Assembly (NCBI GenBank): GCA_051362555.1
Contig: CM120640.1
Span: 71,402,788 to 71,466,787 of the forward strand
From: Lingula anatina
Lineage: Eukaryota > Animalia > Brachiopoda
Length of the DNA: 64,000 nt
Direction: 5' to 3'
In this document: in pieces, positions 54,275-64,000 of the stretch
How the letters are laid out: the number at the start of each line of letters is the position of its first letter
Numbering within the stretch: the stretch's first letter is position 1
Program-made: the position numbers and the translations under genes
Notes under the pieces: model-generated
Databases searched by the model: none
The model's input: the letters and a program-made list of their open reading frames with translations, nothing else
Told to the model about the DNA's origin: nothing

Positions 54275-57200
54275 AAAAAAAAAATCTGATGATGATACTT
54301 TTTAAGATAATTGCATAAATGTTTAAAGGAAAAGCACATGGACTGATTGGGATCCAATCTGTGACATATATTTGCTGAACAACAGCAACATGTTTATATT
54401 TTATAACAGGATCAACTGAAGGTTGGCAAAAATTCATAGACGTTGATAAAGAAAAAAACTTTGATGTTGTGATCTGTTCTTACTTATTTACCTATAATGC
54501 TGATGCTTTACTTTCATTTACACCACAAAAATACCCAATGTAGAAATGTACACAGTTTTGACATTTAGTAAAGTCTGACTAATTAAAAAAAATTTTCTCA
54601 ATATCAAAATTTTTTCCAACTGTTTGATAAATGAGCTGACAAGCTTGAATGGACCAGATTTCGCTATTTTTCATCTAGCTGATAATTAATCAGTATGGAA
54701 CTGTGGGCGGGGAGGAGTAAGGAGCTGTTTTTCCCATCAGTTATCTTCAGGATCTAACTGCTACTTGGCTTGCATGCTTGGAGGCAAATAAATCAGAAAT
54801 ATCATCTTCACAGCTGAGGACTTTTCTACTCCAGCATCCTGCTGTGAGAGCACCTTGCTGTATTCCACAGCTAACCTTAGTCACTTTTCTGTTTCATTTT
54901 TCTTTTTAAATTTCTTTAAGTTGTTTTAACGAGTCAGTAAATCAGTTATTTAAAGCTCATTTATCCCTAATGGTGTCCTGAGAATCCATCAAAGTGGCTG
55001 TGAGTGTGAAGATCAGGCTATAGGATCAGGCTACCATACAGTCATATCAGGATGTTAGTCATCCATTCACTCAGACATGACAGCCTGGACTGTGGGGAGT
55101 CTCACATAATGAATAGAGTACACAGACTTAATATCAAAAATATTCTTTCACACATCTGTAATATCATGTAACTAGTCTCATAATTCAAGTGTTAGCAATA
55201 TTCTGTTCCCAGGGTTAAATCTGAACGTATATACTAGTAGTGGAGGGTGACTAATAGCTGAACAACACTCAGCCAACAATCAATTCTGCATCAGACCAGA
55301 TTTTTCCATTTTATCCAACCAGACTCACTAATGAAGGCTTCCAAAGTAGCAACTTATGTAATCAGAGCTACCTGAACTAGTAACCAAAAATCCATTCTAT
55401 ATATATGACATAGCTTATAGGTATGTCTAGAATGCAATCTGACAGTTGAAGACAGCATCACCAGTAGAAGCACTTGATGAGCATAACAGGAGCTTGATTT
55501 TTGGATTCTGCAGCATTTCTACCCAGATATTATGCAGAAGCCTTCTCTTCCACTGTAATAATTCATGAACACACAGCAAACATGGGTTGGAGTACATGTC
55601 AGGCATACCAATATATCTGCATAGGAAAGTAAACAGTTAGGGTGGGACTGCCTGATTATGCTGACCTCTACAATGGGGCTACATGGAATAAAACTCCTAC
55701 AATAACAGCAAATGTTTTTTCCTCCCTGCCAGCATGGATACAGCTTTTGTGACCTAGTTCTTTTATTTTAAATGCACAACACAGCAACAATCAGCAGACA
55801 GTGACTCAAGCTGCCCTAGGAACTGGAGTAATATTTACTTGGGTTTATTGCCCACACATACTAGTATATATATATATCAGCCCCCTCACATACACATACA
55901 CTACTAATCCAATATCAAGTGATAAGGGTAGTACTATTATTCCAAACTGACCCCAGCAAACAGGCCCAAAGACAGTGGTTTTCTACTTGGGTGAGTTCAA
56001 TCTGATCCTTACTGCCCCCAGGGTGGCCATGTTTGGCATTGACAAGATATTTTTCTGGCAGTGTTGTTATATACACAAATTTTCACCAGCCATCAATACT
56101 TACAAACCACAAGAGTTTTTGGACAGGTTCCTCCCGCCCCCTCCCCCTCATCTGGTCAAGTTTCCTCTCAATACTGACACAGCCTTCACTTGGTGGGAAG
56201 GTGTTCCTTCTTTTTTAACTACTGAAGGTTTCCATCCCAAAAAAGTATCAGATTTAATGTCTTGAGTCATAGAACAGGGATTTCATGTAAAACTTCTACT
56301 TCTTTTGCACCTCTTTATACTGGCTGTATTTACTGAATGTTACAGTGACTTCAATATATCATATCAAAGCTACACACTGAACTGTCATAAATCCTACAAA
56401 GCTTACATAATGATATGGAACTGTGCTGAGTAGTGACTGTGATATCTAAACATTACAAGGAGAAATAATGAAAATATAAGCAATAGTTATCTCATCAGTT
56501 TGGTATTTAAAATGGTTTTACTAGCTGTCCTCAGAGCAAGGAAAAAGATTGAAAATGGAGGGGGACAAGCAAAATACCTACCACTGCATGGTGCAGCATT
56601 AACTCATAGTTCTGACGGTTCCTATATGACCAGGCCATGTCTATTATATCATGGACAAAATACCCTGAAAAACAGAACACGACCGAATAAGCATCCTCAA
56701 TAGTTTTACAGTTTTATTTTCCAAGCACTTGTTTCAGCTTTAATAAAACAGGATTTGAGCACTTGTTCTAGCATTAATAAAACAGGATTTGAGCATTTGT
56801 TCCAGCATTAATAAAACTGGATTTAAGAGTTTTGCTCAAATAACTTTAACCTTATCAGTTTATTTAAGCATCAATGAAGATTTGTATACGACATAACCTT
56901 TGAACAAAGATCAATTTTATTGACTGGAAAGAGGTTCAACACGTGCCAAACTTATACAACAAATAACACGTGCACGAGAACAATAGATCACCTATATTGG
57001 AAGTGTTACAAGCTTTAACTGATAACAATATTTGAGCAAATTCAGCAAAGGTCAGAAGTTGCATAGGTCATGCATATAAAAACAATTATAGTGCAATTAT
57101 GATCCTACAAAAACACAACTTGTGTATCAGTTCCAGGTGCTGGTCTACTTTTTTTTTTACAAACTTTACCCAAGATGAGATGAGAGTTCAAGTACACAGA

Positions 57201-59053
57201 AAAGGAAATTTCCACAGGAATATACATTTACATATATACAGGACATCTCTCTATTTTCAAAATATTTTTTAATCAAACTCACCTACTGAAGTTGACACCA
57301 ATGTCAGTGCTATAACAGAATATGTAGAAATAAGGTCCTCGGCTAACTTTGGCTGTAGGTAAAAACTGGAAAAGAACAATGTTAAAGACTACTAAGTTCC
57401 TGAAGACAAACAATAGCTGAGAGTGGTTTCCATTTAACACAAATAACTGTCAATTCTTAAATTTTTCCTCTATTGCAAACGGTTTCAAGAATGTCAAGGT
57501 TCATTATAAGTTTTCTAATTAATAACAACATTGCACATTAAGCGTTAGCACGAAAATTCATGCCTTAGCATTCCTATTGACGATTCTGATATGAACTGTC
57601 TGTGCTAATTAAGTGTGTGTGTGTGTGTGTGTGTTGGTGTGCATGCATGCAAATAAGTGTATGTGTGCATGTATCTGTGCATGTATGTGTCTGTAGGCCT
57701 GATAGCTGTCATCAAATTGCAATCTTCCTCAACATCTAACATAAACTAGATGTCACTGTTAATTCATTTGCAGAGGAATCAGGTTGTGTCATCTTCATAA
57801 AAAGGGTCGTTAAAGCTTCTGAGAACAAAGCTGCAGGCAGAAAGCAAGGTTTTGAAATTTGTTAAGAAAATGTAGAATTTATGACTTCATATTCTTCATG
57901 GTTTAAGGTGGCAAAAAGTACAACAGGAAAATTATCACCAATTTTTGGTATAAAAAATTTGCATTTGTTCAAAAAGATGCCCCTTTCAGGACCCCCATTT
58001 TACAAATATTAACACTGAAGGCTGGTTTAAACATAAAAGATAAAATTCTTTTTTGACCCAACAAACACCAACATAAGTTTATGAAAAGAAATAAACTTTT
58101 GGTCTTAAACATCCCTTTTTTGCTATTTGTTTAAAAGTTCCAAAGTCTTCATAATAATAATAACCCAGTATACTGATTTCTGGAAGGTCACTGTGCACAA
58201 CATATCCAGTCTTGAAGGTTAAGACCCATTGTTGACTTAACTTCTTTTGTGAAACAAGAAAAGGCTGGTGCGAGTTACATAATAACTGGTAGAAATCAAA
58301 CAACTGTGGTATTTATACTGCTGTAGAGGACTTTCAATGTCTTATGAGGCTCAGAACAATGCAGAATGATAATACAGGTGATATACTGATCCTGCATTCA
58401 TCTTTTATCTTTACAGTTAACAGTTTAAAATCCATATTCCCACATTTTTCAGATATGATTGTACATCTTTAAGACCGCCCCTTAAAGAATTCACCTTCCC
58501 TGACCCGCCTCCCTTTATCATAAGAAAACTTTTAATCAGTTTTAATGTTAATGTTGAAAAAACAGGGACTTGATTACTTATCCTACACTTTTGCTGGAAC
58601 CAATGAAGACACAATGTGCGACTTAAACAAAACAACGCAAAAAGACTTAAAGGGGTACATCATATTTGGACTCAAAGCGCGAGGTGAGGGGAGGAGGACT
58701 ACAGACCGACTTGTCTTACTGTTAGTTTTACTCAGGTTCGCACAGATCAGCGACTATGTTATAAAAATAATAAAAAGTTTCATATTACAACCAACTTACC
58801 ATAACAAGGACCAGGGCCCAGTAAGAGCTGAATGTAATAGTGATATTGTGATGTTTTTGAATCTCCATCGGCGGAATTCAGTGTCTTGCGCAGATTTTGG
58901 AATTCCGATTAGATCAACAACCTTGCTGGCAGCCTGGAAGCAGAGAGCTGATGTTAGTACCACTAGTGGTCCATATTCCAACGGTATATCCGTAGATTTA
59001 GTCCCGGTATCCATACTGGAGTAACTGTGAGCCGAGGTTGTTAAGTTCGCCAT
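50592..59053 (-). CDS. Second TLCD1/TLCD2-like protein; exons 58800-59053, 57283-57365, 56582-56664, 51253-51424, 50592-50791
   Basis: WRFKNITISLLHS, SVGYFVHD, MLHH, LIVELNSIFLHIRQLL, TFIMFR and MNIVLFCRILYSDF motifs; phases are consistent. Confidence 0.9.
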
Positions 59054-59059
59054 CCCTGG

Positions 59060-59255
59060 CAAGCACACAGCATTATCAAAAGGCAGCTATGTAACGCGTG
59101 ACGTTTTGTGAACTAGTTAGAGAACATTACTAGGTCAACAGCGCCGGGATTTCATTGGTGGAGCACAGCCGACTTCCTCCATATAGTCTCGTTTTCGATC
59201 ACATGTTATTTTCAGTGGCAGGGGGATGTTTTCCATGTGCAAGTGGTAGTGAGTT
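59060..59255. promoter_or_regulatory. Probable bidirectional promoter TLCD-like / INTS14
   Basis: Divergent start codons about 760 bp apart, local CpG enrichment, ATTGG box at 59155, and a candidate UTR donor gtgagt near 59249. Confidence 0.45.
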
Positions 59256-59437
59256 CCTAATTTTGCTAGTAGATTAATCTCGATCAATTGATAAGTAAAA
59301 ACTTTGTGAATCTTTTGAACTTTTAAACAACATGTTGCAGTTCAAGAAGTCTGCTGCGACCATTTTACACCAGTTAATGACTGTTAGAACTTGCATGGAA
59401 TGTAAACAATGAGTGAATGACAACATCATGGCGGATC

Positions 59438-59468
<31 letters not shown>

Positions 59469-59813
59469 ATTCCTAAACCTGTGATCTAAAGGCCCCAGTT
59501 CTTGTTTTCTCTGTTTGCATGTCAAACGTGATTATTTTTTCAAATTGAAATCTGTTTCTTGGAGGTTTGCCACCATGCCCCTGGCTATAAAGCCATATTG
59601 TGCCAGGTCTTCCTACTTACTACATTACAAACCAAAGTCATGTGTACACATAAGTTACTTGTTCTGTTTTAATGGAGGCACATTCATTTGTCCTGTTTGT
59701 TCTCTTCTGATTTGATATATTTCATCTCTATATAGCTATATGTATTCTATAACCACACACATTGTCTGGGTTGACCAGCATTGTCTGGGTTGTTTCCAGA
59801 CCTCTGTACCAGT

Positions 59814-62800
59814 ATGCCCACTGTAATCCTGCTGGATGTGTCCCTGTCCATGCTGCGGCCAGTCTCTGGGACAGACGGTACAGAAGAATATCAGAGAAGA
59901 CACCTGGCCATACACGGCATAGGAGCTTTCTTGGACCACCTCTCTGCCAATAGTAAACTGGAGTTTGTATCCCTGGTAGGTAACACAGCAGTTATTTGCT
60001 GCTCTGGATAAAAAAATAAAAACTGTGTATAACCTTAATGTACGGTCTCCATCCTGACTCACTATCTTACAAAGTCAATTTATGAAAATCAAATTGGCCA
60101 TTTTACACGCTGAATATCTGTCAAATTGGAGCCAATTTTTTTAAAGGTTGGAGGACCAAATGCATCCCTGATTTACCCTGCCAAAACAGATCTTAAAACA
60201 TTTATTTTTTTCACTTCATCAGCATATCCATCTTCTTTTATCAAGTTCTTGTTTCTTTTTCTTTTTAGATAATATTTTCTTCCTTATGGGAGCAGTTGGT
60301 TCCATTTACACGTGACTATGACATCATCAAGGCCGCCTTGGATAAAACAGAAAACTTTGACAAGACTTTCACTGAGGCTGCTCTCGCTGCAGCGGGGTCT
60401 GTCATTACAGAAGAATGGGGGTCAACATCCTCAACTCCGGCACAGGTAATAAGTTATTGAAGACCCACAACATTGACTGTGTTTGATCTTTGACCATATA
60501 CACTCAGGCCTATGGTTATATTTAAGGGCTTTCCCTTTCATCTGCATTGATTATAAATATTTAGTCCCTTTGAACACAAGCATTCTGATTGGTTATTTGT
60601 ATTAAATCAATATAGGTAGTGAAGTTTGTATTTTTTTTCACGTCCAGGTGATCCTGGTGACAGATGGCAGCACTGGTATTGGATCTGGATCTCTGAAACA
60701 TTCCTTACAGACACTTCATGATAGGACAGCAGACGACACATTTCCTCTGCCATTTCAGTTTCCCTGTAAACTTCATGTAGTTCCCATTGTTAATCAGAGT
60801 GAAGCTAATTTACAGACAACACTGAATATGTACCAAAAGCTGATTGACTTGAACAACCAAGGAGGGCAGTTATTTTTACCAGAAGGAGCATTGAGCCTAA
60901 AAAGCGTTCAGACTTGTTTCACAAAAATGGCGGAACAGTGTTTTACGCCACTTTATGCTGTGCTACAATGTGGCCACTTGCAGTGTAATGTCCAGGTTTA
61001 CCCCCCTCCACAACCATATCACAGGTAGGTAACAAGTTGGTTTACCCCCTCCATAGCCATATCGCAAGTAGGTAACAAGTTGATATATAACAGGTGGGTA
61101 ACAAACAGGTATATTGAACAGATGTAAGTTGACATTTATCTGCATTTTGTGAATGTGGTAATAAATCTTAAATTAGACATCAGTTTCTTTGTCAACAGAT
61201 TTGTGTCTTTTTTTCCCTATGTGTCCTGATTTGTGAAGAAATTTGTGAAACAAACACCTACGGCATGTCAAATTCTGGCAAATTTTAAGTTTGGCCAGTA
61301 AAATTTGCAAATTTGTTCAGTTACTGATCATTGTTTCTGTTTTGGGCCACTGATGGCCATTAAGATGAACATTACACTGCTGCCGGAAGTCATCAGCTCA
61401 TAAACGCTGGGACGCGGGACATCTTCTGACATGTTTTGTTTTGTTTCCAGACAGCAAGATTTCAAGAATGTTCACAAGACAGTGAATGAAGTGATCAGTA
61501 TCTGTGGTTTCTTAGATTCCACTGATGTGGCCAGTCCACCTTTTATATCTCGACACCTTGTATTGCCCAGAGCTATAACCAAGGGTAAGGATACACCTTA
61601 TAGGGGACCTGCACTATAGGAAATCTACAAGTCCTCTGTGCTGGTCCATCACGAGCAATATATTTATGTTTACAAGTTATTATGTGAATGTATTTTCCAT
61701 AAATAGGGGACCTGTCATATTGTGCAGGTCCTCTGGCATTTCAAGTGGTCATGACTAGTCAAATATGCAGTTTCTCATGTCTGTGCATAGAATTAAGTGT
61801 AGTACAAGGGTAAGGGAATGCATTACAGTATAGGATGTATCACAAGGGTATGGGTATATCACACAGTAACAAGTTTAGAGTGTAGTACAAATATAGGGGC
61901 ATATCATTTCTATGAGTAGTTAGTACCACCAGCTTGTATGCTGACGGTACTCATGGTTTTAGTCTCGGCCTGTCTCATTTGTTTTACTGTAACTGAATGA
62001 GTGCATAGTTCATTGGATCCAGTCCATGCTAGATGATCCACCAAACTCAAAGATGACAGATTAACGTATGCAAAATTATCCTGTCATGTATGTAAATGAT
62101 ACCAGATTTTAAAGTAACGATATGAAACATACCTCATCATCTCTACCACACTTTATCTAACTTAAAACTTTTTATTGTTTTAGAGGAATCACATGACAAA
62201 GAAGAGAGCAAGGCTGATGGTAAAGATGAAGATGAGGATGGCACAGAGGAGGGCAAGACACCATCTTTTACAGTACTTCTCCACGGCAGTCTTAAAGTTG
62301 AGGGCATGGTAGCGCTGGTGGAGGTCAGGTAAGCAGTGCTGTAGACCAGATGTAGAATACTGCTCATATAACATAACACATAGGGACCATTTCCAGACCC
62401 TACCTAACTAACCGTGGATCGATCTATCTCCAAGGAGATTCTAGTTAAATTGCAGTCAACTTTTAAAAGGTCTGTCACACCTACTGAAGTGCTAAGAGTA
62501 ATTAATTATCATTTAGCAGCTTCAGTAGGCGTGCCACACATCTAAGCTGCTTAAACTGAAAGCAATGTAGCGAGAAACACCTTGGAGATGGATCGATCCT
62601 GTTAGATCGTTTTAGGCATGGAAACCAAGTCTTTAGCGAAATGGTATTTTATCAAAATTCCATTGCATATTGTTGAAAGATTAATAATACATTTATACCT
62701 ATCCTTCTGAGCGTTTTTGCGTGGGCAGACTTAGATTTGACAGTAGTTCTGTGTTCATTTATTGATGTACATTGTTAATTTTCCTCCTAAATTTTTTGTC

Positions 62801-63163
62801 AGCTTTATCGTCATTTGAAATGTTATAGCCTGAATTTATTGTGTAATGACATTGTTTCTGCAATATTTTTATTGAATTTTCTTTCACCAGTTTTTAGAGG
62901 ATTGTTTTTTAAAAATCTTGATGTATAAATAATTTTAATAACTTTTATTTGTGCTTATTTATTTGTTTGGTGACTCTAATAATCTTATCATTATTTTAAC
63001 ATTATTAGTGAAGACTGGTATGGGATGCTATATATATTATTTCAGTGACTTTAATAAGCTAATTATTATTTTAACATTTTCAGTGAGGACTGGTATGGGA
63101 TGCTGTACTCTTGGGCTGACAGTAAGAAGAAATCAAATCTCATGTTGTCCATTTTTGAACCTG
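59814..63163 (+). CDS. INTS14: Integrator complex subunit 14 (VWA9), 5' part; exons 59814-59975, 60269-60445, 60648-61024, 61451-61584, 62184-62328, 63084-63163; continues beyond the window
   Basis: MPTVILLDVSLSM..HLA..KLEFVSL, FSSLWE..PFTRDY, QVILVTDG..GIG, FPLPFQFP, DVASPP.ISRHLVLP, GKTPSF.VLLHGSLKVEGMVALV, WYGMLYSWADSKKKSNLML. Confidence 0.93.
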
Positions 63164-63383
63164 GTAAGTCAACGTGTGGAAAGCTTGAAATTGTTGCATT
63201 TTATCTGTATCACATCTATTAAAAAACAAGTAGTTTAAAAACGTTGGAAGGGTTTAGAAAGCTGCAGCTGAGTTATTTTTTACAACACAAAAGGAGAAGT
63301 TATTTAATCAGAAATTTGAAATAAGATCAGATTTATATATTATAGGAAGTATCTCAAATGCTTCTTGGATGTTTTTTTATTTT

Positions 63384-63870
63384 ATTAGTACCACCAGCGT
63401 GTACGCTGGCGGTACTCATGGTTTTAGTCCCGACCCGTCTCGTACAGCTCCGCCGGCTCCTGCGGCTCCGCCGGCTCCTGCAGCTCCGCCGGCTCCGCAG
63501 TCGGGCGCCGGAAACAAGTCACCGTTACCGCTTCTCCTCCTAGACCGCAAGGACCTGTGTCCCCATCTCTTGGATTTAGGTCACATATAATCTCAACTTG
63601 AACACCCTGGTTTTTCTGTCTCCGTCGGTGCATTGGCCTGGGCGTGACGCTTGTTGAAATGCACCCTTGTCAAAATTTTTGAAAATTCAATGCTAAATAT
63701 CTCCCAAACCAAAGGAATTATGGGAAAAATTACTACAGAAGTCTGACCGAAAGTCATATGTGGAGATTCCAAATATGCCCTTGGATTTGACTTTTGACCT
63801 TTTTTTCAAGGTCAAACAAGCCAAAATTTTCTAAAAATGGGAATTTTCTGTAAAAAAATATTTGTTTGTG
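63384..63870 (+). mobile_element. Helentron-associated (HINE/pearl-like) non-autonomous element; 5' fragment also at 61919-61976; right limit uncertain
   Basis: A T-rich flank, then hairpin agtaccaccagc-gtgtac-gctggcggtact, short tandem 18-bp cagctccgccggctcctg units, and a core with tttgacttttgacc/caaggtcaa. Confidence 0.55.
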
Positions 63871-64000
63871 CTAATTTTTGGAAACTACGCAGCCCTAAGC
63901 TCTCCTGTTATAGTGAGGGGTTACCATTGGTGACTCCTTTCATCTTTGAGAGTTTGGGGTCAATCAGTGCAGTTTCACGGGAGAAGCAGCCATTAGATAC

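Noticed and set aside
61800-61865. caagggtaagg-like words resembling the INTS14 exon 4 donor
   Set aside because: Too short and too far from the junction to separate from chance.
63358-63633. Pro/Ala-rich ORFs near the window end
   Set aside because: They arise from GC-rich 18-bp repeats in the Helentron-like element.

Overview
AT-rich, intron-rich animal DNA, probably from a lophotrochozoan or mollusc-type invertebrate (inferred from gene and repeat style only). I assembled six spliced genes by hand from GT-AG junctions: a Reeler-domain gene (-), INPP5K/SKIP-like (-), SLF1/ANKRD32 (+), two tail-to-tail TLC-domain paralogs (+ and -), and the 5' part of INTS14 (+). Mobile DNA includes a frameshifted L2/CR1-group LINE, a decayed THAP-bearing ISL2EU/Harbinger-like transposon inserted into a Reeler exon, a 6.2-kb Gypsy-like LTR element with only gag and protease, an RTE fragment and many palindromic MITEs. 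The most unusual pattern is that most intragenic tandem repeats are copies of the gene's own exon-intron junction (exon end plus GT donor, or AG acceptor plus exon start), iterated 2-18 times into the intron. This occurs at 8 or more junctions in 4 unrelated genes. No searches were run; coordinates were read by eye.
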